Positions 37,849 through 46,524 are shown, counted from the first letter of the stretch. The stretch is 64,000 bases of DNA from Rhodospirillales bacterium (GCA_028277795.1 JANQFP010000028.1:1273-65272), one strand, 5' to 3'. Notes: generated by a model from the letters alone, not told the origin. Translations and numbers: made by a program.

Positions 37849-38013
37849 CCCTATTTCTTCCGCACACGGGGCGGGCGGCAATTGACCGTCTCGCCAGCGA
37901 ATACGGACGCCGGGCAAGCCTGCAACTGCGGGAACTTGTCCACTTGGTCGCGAACTGATGTCGGCAGCCGTTAGGCGTCGCCGCGCAGGGCGGCTCCGAG
38001 GACACGGGACGTA

Positions 38014-39864
38014 TTAAAGGGTACGGGCAACACGAAGACCGAGAGAACCACCTAAATAGTCGACTGGACTGTAGCCCCAACTCGCTGAGCGAATTTTCCG
38101 CATGGCGTCCTCCCAGGAGCCGCCGCGCATGTTGCAGTTAAGGGGCGAGATGCCACGTCTGCCTATCGAGGCTTCATCGTTGTGCATCTTGGAAGCATAC
38201 ACCGTGTCGCATTCAGCAACCCACTCCCAAACATTGCCAAGAACATCGAAAAGACCGAACATATTGGCAGAATAACTTCCTACAGGCTCCGTTCCCGTAT
38301 CATTGCACCCTTCATCGTCATCGTACTTGGCCCCGTTTGTCGCACCCACGCGACACACTGGATCCTCATCACCCCACCAGTACCGCGTCACCGAGTTAGC
38401 ACGGGCGGCATATTCCCATTCGGCATCCGTCAACAGGCGGTATTCAGCACCCGTCTTAGAGCGAAGCCAGGCTGTGTACGCTTTGGCACCGTACCATGAG
38501 ATATACGTTATCGGGTGGTTCTCATACCCTGGTTCAACCTGGTAGTGGCCGCCTTCCGCCCTGACGATGTGGCTGTCCACGGGCCCTTGGCCCTTTGTTG
38601 CGAACCATACACCCGGCTCATCCCCCAACAACACCAAGTCAGTATCATTGAGGAAAGCGACAAACTGCGCATTGGTCACTTCGTATACCCCCGCCGCGAA
38701 CGGCTTAGCGATTCTTACCGGAAGCTGCGGACCCACGTCGCTACCCAGGTACGCCTCCGACGCCTGGGCGCCCATCATGAACTCACCCGCCGGCACCACC
38801 ACCATCTCTGGGCACACGTCGCAGTCCTTGAAGGTGTCTCCGAGTTTGTAGGGTTTGGGATGGGCGCCCACCGCCGGTTTGGCCGGGCCCGCCGGACGGG
38901 GCACGGGACGGGGCGGGACAGCTGCCGCCTGCCGCTTCAATGCCTCCAGCCGGTTGCGGGCGAGGCCGGCGAAGGCGCCGTCGGGGAAGTGGCGCAGATA
39001 GACCTCGAAGTCGGCCGGGTTGGTGCTGGTGGCGATGGACTGCCAGAACACGACCTCGGCCGATGGGGCTGCGGGGGCTGGCGGCCGGTCTGCTGCCTGG
39101 GCGCCCGGCTTGAAGTAAAAGATGCCGGTCAAGGACGAGGACTCCCACGGCGTCTGGGCGCCGCCCGTCCGCCGCTTCACCTCGACGCGCACTCGCTTGA
39201 ACATCTGCTCCACCGGCACCCCCGGTTCCACCATTGCCCGCGCCAGGGCGGCGCTGTACGGGCTGTTGTCGCCGGTGCCGTCGTCGGCCACCGCGCCCGG
39301 CGCCGTGGCGTAGGCGATGAGGGTGCCCGACGGCGCCTGCATCTGGGTTAGACCCGAGGTGGGGGTGCGGAAGAAGCCGCGGAAGGGGTTGTTGCGGCAT
39401 GCATCCAGGATAAGCACCTTCATGCGGCTGCGGGCCAAATCCATGACCCCCAGCACCTCCTCGGCGGGGACGGCGCGGGTGCGCAGCTGGAACCTCCTCT
39501 CGATGCCGGTGCCGACCGGGATCAGGTAGTTGCGGCCCTCGAACTGCACCCCGTGGCCGGCATAGTAGAACAAGGCCACGGAGTCCTCGCCGGCCCGCAC
39601 GAGGCGGTCCCCAAACGCCTCGACGGCCTGGAGCATCTGCTCCTCGTCCAGGTCCAAATGCTCGGAGACTTCGAAGCCCAGTTCGCGCAGAGTTCGAGCG
39701 ATGAGCCGGGCGTCGTTGGGCGGGTTGCGCAGGGGCGAGGCGTCGTAAGCACCGTTGCCGATCACCAAAGCGATGCGCTTGTCCGCTGCCGCGTAGCCCG
39801 AAAAGGCGAGCAGAACGGCGAACAGCACCGACACCGCCAAAGCACGCACGATGAACCCGGGCAC
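38014..39864 (-). CDS. Exported caspase (peptidase C14)-domain protein fused to an FGE-sulfatase (SUMF1/EgtB/PvdO-type) domain
   Basis: It has a signal peptide MPGFIVRALAVSVLFAVLLAFSGYAAA and a caspase His/Cys dyad context (…FYYAGHGVQ… / …LILDACRNNPF…). The middle motif is …VVFWQSI…FEVYLRHFPDGAFAGLARNRL…. The C-terminal FGE motifs are …HPITYISWYGA…, …GNVWEWV…, …RGGSW…LGLRVARTL. Confidence 0.8.
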   Translation of the reverse strand: MPGFIVRALAVSVLFAVLLAFSGYAAADKRIALVIGNGAYDASPLRNPPNDARLIARTLRELGFEVSEHLDLDEEQMLQAVEAFGDRLVRAGEDSVALFYYAGHGVQFEGRNYLIPVGTGIERRFQLRTRAVPAEEVLGVMDLARSRMKVLILDACRNNPFRGFFRTPTSGLTQMQAPSGTLIAYATAPGAVADDGTGDNSPYSAALARAMVEPGVPVEQMFKRVRVEVKRRTGGAQTPWESSSLTGIFYFKPGAQAADRPPAPAAPSAEVVFWQSIATSTNPADFEVYLRHFPDGAFAGLARNRLEALKRQAAAVPPRPVPRPAGPAKPAVGAHPKPYKLGDTFKDCDVCPEMVVVPAGEFMMGAQASEAYLGSDVGPQLPVRIAKPFAAGVYEVTNAQFVAFLNDTDLVLLGDEPGVWFATKGQGPVDSHIVRAEGGHYQVEPGYENHPITYISWYGAKAYTAWLRSKTGAEYRLLTDAEWEYAARANSVTRYWWGDEDPVCRVGATNGAKYDDDEGCNDTGTEPVGSYSANMFGLFDVLGNVWEWVAECDTVYASKMHNDEASIGRRGISPLNCNMRGGSWEDAMRKIRSASWGYSPVDYLGGSLGLRVARTL

Positions 39865-40128
39865 GACACCACCCCCTCAAGGTCGCACACGAACGAATCG
39901 GAATTGTTTCGCGGTCCTGCGGTTTGTGCAACCGGGTTGGCGCAGCCACCGGGCCTCGAGGCGCAGGCGGCGCCATGGGTCAAGACTTCATGAATCCGGC
40001 ACAAAACTGCAATAAAACTTGAACCGTCGCGCCCCATTCTTGCGCACCGGGTCGCCACGGGACCGACCCGAGTCCACGGAAAGGGGTCGGTTTCCAGCCC
40101 CGTCACCAAGACCTGAGAGGGGAATGCA

Positions 40129-40437
40129 ATGTTCAAGTCAGGAACCGTCAAGGCTGTCCGGTTTGCCGCCGCCGGCGCCGTCCTCGTTGCCCTCGGCGCC
40201 TGCGCGACCACCGAGGAAGAGGCGATGCGGCTCGAAGCCTTGGAGGCCAAGGTCAATCAAGCGCTGCAGAACGCTGCGGCGGCAAAGATCGATGCGACGA
40301 CCGCCCTCACCATCGCCCTCGATGTCGAGGAAGCCGGCCTGAAGGAGAAGGTCAATCACGCCCTCCAGAACGCCGCGGCGGCGAAGATCGACGCCACCAC
40401 CGCGCTGAGCGTCGCCCTCGAAGCCGAGAAGAAGTAG
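40129..40437 (+). CDS. Small alanine-rich (Lpp/alanine-zipper-like) lipoprotein with internal 33-aa tandem duplication
   Basis: The lipobox is …VLVALGAC…. The repeats are KVNQALQNAAAAKIDATTALTIALDVEEAGLKE and KVNHALQNAAAAKIDATTALSVALEAEKK. Confidence 0.75.
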   Translation: MFKSGTVKAVRFAAAGAVLVALGACATTEEEAMRLEALEAKVNQALQNAAAAKIDATTALTIALDVEEAGLKEKVNHALQNAAAAKIDATTALSVALEAEKK

Positions 40438-40473
40438 CCACACCCGGCGGGCCCGCCCAGGGCCCCCGTCGTC

Positions 40474-40499
40474 AAAGCCGGCCTCTCGCGGCCGGCTTT
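40474..40499 (+). terminator. Intrinsic terminator after the lipoprotein gene
   Basis: AAAGCCGGCC (40474-40483) pairs with GGCCGGCTTT (40490-40499) around a 6-nt loop. The T-tract is partly within the stem. Confidence 0.55.
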
Positions 40500-40607
40500 C
40501 CATATTCGGCATCTTCCACGGACGGCCAAACCGACGCCGTCTGGGAGCCCTTGTGCGGGCGTGGTAGGCTACCCGTGCAGCGCCGATCCCCGGTCGGATA
40601 TGGACGA

Positions 40608-42389
40608 ATGCGGTTTTCCAGAGAGAGCCTCCGACACTTCGCGGTTTTCCTGGTCGTTCTTCTGATCGGTGCGGGCGCCGAAGCGCAAGCGCCGGACCCC
40701 CATCCCCTGGCTCCTGCGGATACGTCGAGCCCGCGGGCGACGCTGCGCAGCTTCGTGACCGCCGTCGACAAGGGCTTGGCCGTCGAATTGGAGGTCACCC
40801 TGTCCTACCTGTCGTCGGACCGGCTTTATCCGAACGACCGCGAGAACCGCAGGCGGGCGGAGACGGACAGGATCTTCTTCCAAGCCCTTGAGACACTGGA
40901 TCTTTCCGAACTGCCGGCCGGTTTCCGCGACGTCCTGGCCGTCGAGCAGGTGATCTGGTTGAGCGAGATCCTGTCGCGGATCGATCTCCCCGAATTCGAG
41001 GACATCCCCGATCATGCGACGATGACCAGCCAAGGCGAGACCCGCTGGACCATTCCCAACACACGGATCGTCATCAACCTGATCGAGGACGGACCACGCA
41101 GGGGCGAGTACCTGTTTTCGGCCCGCACTGTCGCGCGACTGGGGGAATTCTATGACCGCGTGGCGGCTCTGCCGTACAAGCCGGGCGCGTTCCAGAACTT
41201 CGTCGCCGTGATCGGACCGTACACGTCGACGAGGACGTTGTACGACATCTACCGCCAGTCCGGCGGCAGCTTCGGTGTCGTGCCCGGCCGCTGGATGCTG
41301 AACATGCCGGCGTGGCTGACAGCCCCCTTTATCGGCGTGTCGGTCTGGCGATGGTTCGGACTGGCCCTATACCTGCTGGTCGGTGTCATGATCGCCCGCT
41401 CGGTGTGGCTCCTCTTTCGGAAGACCGGTAGCGACCCGCAATGGCGCTGGTTTTTCACCGCCGCCGTCGTCGTCCTATTCGCTGCGCTGACACCGCCGTT
41501 CATGGCGCAACTCCACATCAGCGGCGGCGTCCTGTACGTCACGGGCATCGCCTCTGTCGCCGTGCTCTATGTGGTTGCCGCCTGGGCCGCGTTCGTCGGC
41601 GCCGGTGCCATCGCCGAGACCATCGTCAAGGTGCAGCGGCTGCGCGTCGGCGGCATCGACAGCCAACTCGTTCGCCTGGGCGCCCGGCTGATCGGCTTGG
41701 TGATCGCCATCGCCCTTCTCGTCGAAGGGGCGGATCAGTTGGGGTTTCCGGCCTACTCGGTGCTGACGGGCCTGGGGGTCGGCGGTCTGGCGGTGGCCTT
41801 CGCGGCACGGGAGAGCCTGGCCAACCTTCTTGGCTCCATCGTCATCATGTTCGAGAAGCCATTCCGCAGCGGCCATTGGATCAAGGTGGGCGAGGCGGAA
41901 GGCGTGGTCGAATACGTCGGCTTTCGCAGCACGCGGATCCGCACCTTCGGCGACTCGCTGATTTCCATCCCCAACAGCGAGGTGGTCAACACGGTGGTCG
42001 ACAACCTCGGCATGCGGAGCCGGCGGCGGCAGCGCTTCTTCGTCCAGATCACCTACGACACGCCGCGGGACAAGGTGGAGGCGTTCGTCGCCGGCATCCG
42101 ACGGATCATTGCCGATCACCCGATGACCGACGACGACGTTTCCTACATCCATTTCAACAATTTCGGCGAAAGCGGCCTGGACATCCTGCTCTACTTCTAC
42201 TTGCGAACACCGGATTTCGCTGTCGAGCTTCAGGAACGGGAAACGATCCTCCTGCAAGTCCTGGACCTCGCCGCGGAGGTCGGCGTCGAGTTCGCCTTCC
42301 CGACGCGAACCCTGCACATCGAGGCGGCGTCCGACCAAGCTGAGAGCGACCGGTTTCCAAGCCCCGCGACCTCTTTGACCCGCCCGTAG
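40608..42389 (+). CDS. MscS-family mechanosensitive channel with large exported N-terminal domain
   Basis: Signal-like MRFSRESLRHFAVFLVVLLIGAGAEAQA is followed by TM helices. The MscS core is …LANLLGSIVIMFEKPFRSGHWIKVGEAEGVVEYVGFRSTRIRTFGDSLISIPNSEVVNTVVDN…. I prefer ATG at 40608. Confidence 0.8.
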   Translation: MRFSRESLRHFAVFLVVLLIGAGAEAQAPDPHPLAPADTSSPRATLRSFVTAVDKGLAVELEVTLSYLSSDRLYPNDRENRRRAETDRIFFQALETLDLSELPAGFRDVLAVEQVIWLSEILSRIDLPEFEDIPDHATMTSQGETRWTIPNTRIVINLIEDGPRRGEYLFSARTVARLGEFYDRVAALPYKPGAFQNFVAVIGPYTSTRTLYDIYRQSGGSFGVVPGRWMLNMPAWLTAPFIGVSVWRWFGLALYLLVGVMIARSVWLLFRKTGSDPQWRWFFTAAVVVLFAALTPPFMAQLHISGGVLYVTGIASVAVLYVVAAWAAFVGAGAIAETIVKVQRLRVGGIDSQLVRLGARLIGLVIAIALLVEGADQLGFPAYSVLTGLGVGGLAVAFAARESLANLLGSIVIMFEKPFRSGHWIKVGEAEGVVEYVGFRSTRIRTFGDSLISIPNSEVVNTVVDNLGMRSRRRQRFFVQITYDTPRDKVEAFVAGIRRIIADHPMTDDDVSYIHFNNFGESGLDILLYFYLRTPDFAVELQERETILLQVLDLAAEVGVEFAFPTRTLHIEAASDQAESDRFPSPATSLTRP

Positions 42390-42410
42390 TGCCGTCCATC
42401 GACATCGCCA

Positions 42411-44954
42411 ATGCTGACCAGTAAAGACGACACCACGGCCGACTCGCATCTCCTGCCGCTGGACGGGTCCTGGTCCCTGTGGCGGCCCATCTGCCTGCGC
42501 GGGGCGGGGTTCCCCGTTCGGCTGTTGGATCGCCTGGCAGCGCCCGAGACGGCGCGTGCGGTCGACCGGTTCCTTGCCCTCACGGCCGCGTTCGAGGAGG
42601 CCCGACGGGACGCCGAAGGGCATTGCCTCCAGGCGCGCAAAAACGCACCAAAAGGCGGGCGGACGCCATGGAACAAGGCGCTTCGGCACCTGGCGAAAGG
42701 CCGGACCCCGGAGCCGGTTCCCGGGGACCGGGGGACCGCGGACCTGTTCGACGCGGTGCGCGCCCTTAAAGGCCAGGTGAATGAGGCCGAGGACCGTGCG
42801 CGGACGGCCTTCGAGGCGGACGCCTCGCGGACCACCGCCGCCCTCGTCGGCCTGTGCCGGCAGCCCCTGTTCCGCGAGGCCCTGGCCTGGCAGAACCTGG
42901 GGGTGCTGCCGGGCGCCATCGACCGCCTGATCGAACGGGCCGACAGCATGTCGCCGCGGGAATTGCGCGGGGCCAAGACGGTGGCCGGCAGCTACCTGCA
43001 GCGCTACTGCGCGAAGAACGACACCATCGGCTTCTTCGGTCCCGCCGGCTGGGCCCGGTGGGCGGAGGACGGCGGTCCCATCGATATGCACCCCGGCCCG
43101 ACGCTGGTCGAGAAGCGGTGGGCATGGCTGGAGCACTGGGGCGTCGAGTGCCTGGCCGAAACCCTGCGCGACGACCCGGCGCTGCGCCGCTGGCTGGCGC
43201 CGCGTCTGGTCGCGGGATGCCGGGTGGAGGGCGAACACGCCGTCGACGCCGTCGGCAACAGGGTGCAGTTGTCGCCCCCGGCGGTGGCCGCCGTCGCCAG
43301 GGCCTGCGACGGCCGGACGCCCGCCTTGACCCTCGCCGCCGACATCGCCAAGCAGGGTCTGGCCCCGGCCGAGTGGGTGATGTCCTGCCTCGAGCAGCTG
43401 GCAGGGAAAGGCATGGTCGTCTGGGACGCCGCCCTGCCCGTGCACCAGGACGCCTTCGACCGTCTGCGGCGCACCGTGGACGCGATCGACGATGCCGACG
43501 TCCGGGCCCGCGGCCTGGCACCCCTCGACCGCATCGCGGAGTCCCTCGAGGCCCTGCGGACCGCCGGCGGCGACGCGGCGGCCGTGGAGCGGGGGATCGC
43601 TGACCTGGAAACACGGTTCGAGGCGATCACCGGGGAGGCATCGCGCCGTCATCATGGCCTCACCTACAAGGGCCGCACCCTGGTCTACGAGGATTGCCGG
43701 CGCGACATGGACCTTTCCTTCGGCCCCGAGGTGCGGGAGCGCCTGGGACCGCCGTTGGGGCTGATCCTGGACAGCGCCCGCTGGTACGCGGGCTGCATCG
43801 GCCAGGCGCTGAGTCACGAAATCGCACAGGTCTACGACCAACTGGCGGCACGATCACGGGACGGGGCCGTGCCCATCGCCGCCCTTCCTTTGTTCGACCA
43901 GAGATACGTGAGCCGTGCTCAGGCCATCTTCGAGGCCGTCGGCACGGAATTGGAACGGCGTTGGGCCGACATCCTGCAACCGTCGCCGTCCGTGCGCGCC
44001 ATGCACTTCTCGTCGGCCGACTTGCGCCCTGCGGTCGACGAGCGGTTCCCGGCGCTGGCATTGCCGTGGCCGTCGGCACGTTACCAGTCGCCGGACGTGA
44101 TGATCGCCGCCAACGGCGAGGAATCCTTTCGCCGCGGGGAGTTCCGGTTCGTGCTCGGAGAGCTGCATGTGGCCGGAAATACCATGGCCGGACCGGCCCT
44201 TGCGCACACCTATCCGGATGCCGACGCCTTCAATGCCATGATGGCCGCGGACATGGGTCGGCCCCTGGTGCACAGCGTAATACCGCGCGACCACGACGGC
44301 ATCCGCGTCGCGCCGGGCTCCATCTCCGCCGCCGACTACGAAGTGGAAACCGGGGACACGCCGGGTTGGCGGCCGCCCGGGCAACGCCTGCGCATCGACG
44401 ATCTGGTCGTCGTCCGCGAACCGGACGGGCTCCATGTGCGGTCCCGCGACGGGCGGCGGCGGTTCCGCCTGGACGAGTTCTTCCGGCAACGGTTCGGCTA
44501 CGGCAAATGGCGCAACTTCCGTTTGCTGGAGCCCGCCGACCACCGCCCCCGCCTGACCATCGACGACCTGGTGGTGGCGCGGGAGCAGTGGACGGTGCCG
44601 CTCGCCGACGTGCCGTTTCCGCAGGGAAGGTCCGAGTGGGAGCGGTTCGTCTCCGCCCGCCGCTGGCGCGCCGCCATGGGGATGCCGCGGTGCGTGTTCT
44701 TCAAGGTTCCCTGGGAGATCAAGCCCGTCTACCTGGACCTGGACAGCCCGTTGTCGGTCCAGATCGCCGTGCGCACCCTGCGCGACGCGCCGGAGAGCCC
44801 CATTCCGCCTACCGTCTCCTTCACCGAGATGATGCCGTCGCCCGAGGAATGCTGGCTCGCCGACGCCGAGGGCAATCGCTATACCGCGGAGCTGCGCCTG
44901 GCCGCCGTGGACTCCATCGCCTATGGCCAGCGGGTGCCGCCCCCGACGACCTAG
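42411..44954 (+). CDS. Lantibiotic-dehydratase-family protein consisting of the N-terminal (tRNA-dependent glutamylation-type) domain only (small LanB / PEARL-like)
   Basis: An 847-aa protein with …SYLQRYCAKNDTIGFFGPAGWARW… The C-terminal block …RPRLTIDDLVVAREQWTV…MPRCVFFKVPWEIKPVYLDLDSPLSVQIAV… parallels the end of the NisB N-terminal domain (…IPRLVFDEIVISPAKWKI…IPKEFYIV…VYLSQKNPLDMEIL). No elimination-domain sequence follows. It starts 21 nt after the MscS stop. Confidence 0.7.
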   Translation: MLTSKDDTTADSHLLPLDGSWSLWRPICLRGAGFPVRLLDRLAAPETARAVDRFLALTAAFEEARRDAEGHCLQARKNAPKGGRTPWNKALRHLAKGRTPEPVPGDRGTADLFDAVRALKGQVNEAEDRARTAFEADASRTTAALVGLCRQPLFREALAWQNLGVLPGAIDRLIERADSMSPRELRGAKTVAGSYLQRYCAKNDTIGFFGPAGWARWAEDGGPIDMHPGPTLVEKRWAWLEHWGVECLAETLRDDPALRRWLAPRLVAGCRVEGEHAVDAVGNRVQLSPPAVAAVARACDGRTPALTLAADIAKQGLAPAEWVMSCLEQLAGKGMVVWDAALPVHQDAFDRLRRTVDAIDDADVRARGLAPLDRIAESLEALRTAGGDAAAVERGIADLETRFEAITGEASRRHHGLTYKGRTLVYEDCRRDMDLSFGPEVRERLGPPLGLILDSARWYAGCIGQALSHEIAQVYDQLAARSRDGAVPIAALPLFDQRYVSRAQAIFEAVGTELERRWADILQPSPSVRAMHFSSADLRPAVDERFPALALPWPSARYQSPDVMIAANGEESFRRGEFRFVLGELHVAGNTMAGPALAHTYPDADAFNAMMAADMGRPLVHSVIPRDHDGIRVAPGSISAADYEVETGDTPGWRPPGQRLRIDDLVVVREPDGLHVRSRDGRRRFRLDEFFRQRFGYGKWRNFRLLEPADHRPRLTIDDLVVAREQWTVPLADVPFPQGRSEWERFVSARRWRAAMGMPRCVFFKVPWEIKPVYLDLDSPLSVQIAVRTLRDAPESPIPPTVSFTEMMPSPEECWLADAEGNRYTAELRLAAVDSIAYGQRVPPPTT

Positions 44955-45580
44955 CGGTTGGCGCTGGGCCGCGCGCTGACCGCGGCGTACCAGCGTTGGG
45001 CATGGGCGGCGTCCGGGGGCAGGGTGATCTTCAGCCAGCCCGCGAAGTCCACCAGCACCAGGGCCATGATGTCGGCGGCGGTGAAACGGTCCCCGGCGAC
45101 ATAGGCGCTGTCGGCGAGAAGGCCGTCCAGGTGGGCGAGGAATCGGGCCGTTCTCAGCTTGCCGCGCTCGCCCAGGTCCGGGATCTGGGCGTAGTCGTCG
45201 GGCCCGGTCAGGGCCCGGTCCGTGAATCCGCGCGCCGTGTTGCGCAGGGCCTCGGTCATCGCCTGCCAGCCGTCGATGTCGATACGCCACAGGCGGTCGG
45301 CGACCACGGCCTTCTCCGTCGGCGTGGTGCCGAGCAGCGGCGGATCGGGGACCGTCTCCTCCAGGTATCGCCAGCAGCCCTGGGTCGAGGTGATCCGGGT
45401 GCCGTCGTCCAGCTCCAGCACCGGGACCGTGCAGTAGGGATTGATGGCGCGGAACGCGTCGGACATGTGCTCGCCCTGCCGCAGGTCCACCTCGCGGGTC
45501 GGAACCTCGATCCCCTTTTCCGCCATGAACACGCGGACCAGACGGGCGCTGGGGGCGGTGCTGCAATCGTAGAACTTCAT
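44951..45580 (-). CDS. Glutathione S-transferase family protein
   Basis: MKFYDCSTAPSARLVRVFMAEKGIEV…INPYCTVPVLELDDG… is the thioredoxin-like N-domain. ATG at 45580 has GGAGAG upstream. Its stop overlaps the LanB-like stop (CTAG). Confidence 0.8.
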   Translation of the reverse strand: MKFYDCSTAPSARLVRVFMAEKGIEVPTREVDLRQGEHMSDAFRAINPYCTVPVLELDDGTRITSTQGCWRYLEETVPDPPLLGTTPTEKAVVADRLWRIDIDGWQAMTEALRNTARGFTDRALTGPDDYAQIPDLGERGKLRTARFLAHLDGLLADSAYVAGDRFTAADIMALVLVDFAGWLKITLPPDAAHAQRWYAAVSARPSANR

Positions 45581-45708
45581 GGCTCGACTCTCCGTCAAGA
45601 AAATTTCATCTCATACCATCTCGACCGCCGGGCGGCCGGCCGGGTAGCGTTTCCGGCCTTTTGCCGTCCCCGGCGCCACACGGCCCCCTGTCGAAGAGAC
45701 GCGACGTC

Positions 45709-46386
45709 ATGCACGGCCCAGCCATCACCGTCACCAACACCGACCTCGACAAGAAGGCCCTCGGCCCCGATCCCCTGATCCATCCCACGGCCACGGTCCG
45801 CGACAGCACCTTCGGCCGCTACGTGGAGATCGGCGCCCGGGCCAAGATCGTGGAAAGCCACCTCGACGACTACTCCTATGCCATGGATGACAGCAACATC
45901 ATCTACACCCGGATCGGCAAGTTCGTGAACATCGCCGCCGCGGTGCGGGTCAATCCGGGCAATCATCCCGTGGATCGCGCCACGCTGCATCATTTCACCT
46001 ACCGGTCGGCCCAATACGGTCTGGGCGAGGACGACGACACCTTCTTCGACTGGCGCCGGTCGCAGCCGGTGACCATCGGTCACGACGTGTGGCTCGGCCA
46101 CGGGGCCATCGTGCTTCCTGGCGTCACCATCGGCATCGGCGCTGCCGTCGGGGCCGGCGCCGTGGTGTCCAAGGACGTGGCCCCCTATGCCATCGTCGCC
46201 GGGGTCCCGGCCCGGCCCCTGCGGCAGCGCTTTCCCGACGGGGTGGCGGAGGCGCTGATGGCGTTGGCGTGGTGGGACTGGCCTCACGAAAAGCTGCGGG
46301 AAGCACTGCCCGACTTCCGCGGCCTTTCCGCAGAGGAATTCATTGAAAAGCACGGCGGCCGGCAGGTGAATCACAAGAATCCATGA
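45709..46386 (+). CDS. Hexapeptide-repeat acyltransferase of the type associated with phosphonate-utilisation loci
   Basis: It has left-handed beta-helix repeats (…IGHDVWLGHGAIVLPGVTIGIGAAVGAGAVVSKDV…IVAGVPARPLR…). It sits at the head of the phn locus. I prefer ATG at 45709. Confidence 0.7.
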   Translation: MHGPAITVTNTDLDKKALGPDPLIHPTATVRDSTFGRYVEIGARAKIVESHLDDYSYAMDDSNIIYTRIGKFVNIAAAVRVNPGNHPVDRATLHHFTYRSAQYGLGEDDDTFFDWRRSQPVTIGHDVWLGHGAIVLPGVTIGIGAAVGAGAVVSKDVAPYAIVAGVPARPLRQRFPDGVAEALMALAWWDWPHEKLREALPDFRGLSAEEFIEKHGGRQVNHKNP

Positions 46387-46431
46387 AAGAAAAATAAAGA
46401 AACACCTACCTTTTCATTTCATTTTTCTTTC
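46385..46431 (+). terminator. AT-rich hairpin immediately after the acyltransferase stop
   Basis: GAAAGAAAAAT (46385-46395) pairs with ATTTTTCTTTC (46421-46431). It lies in a strikingly AT-rich ~120-bp patch. Confidence 0.3.
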
Positions 46432-46496
46432 TATCGCATAGTCAAAAATCGACAACATGCGTATTTGTATGAGTGCGGACCAAAGAGTAATGAATT

Positions 46497-46524
46497 TGTC
46501 ACGGGACTGAAAAGCGAGAGTCAC
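46497..46524 (+). promoter_or_regulatory. Candidate Pho box (PhoB site) upstream of phnC
   Basis: The hexamers TGTCAC (46497), TGAAAA (46508) and AGTCAC (46519) are phased at exactly 11 bp, 55-80 nt upstream of the phnC ATG. This resembles CTGTCAT-N4-CTGTCAT type Pho boxes. Confidence 0.4.

Noticed and set aside
41475-43841. 788-aa ORF antisense to the MscS and LanB-like genes, plus several 200-300-aa Arg/Pro-rich ORFs in the same region
   Set aside because: Low-complexity Arg/Gly/Pro-rich translations span two real sense genes, and no motifs are present.
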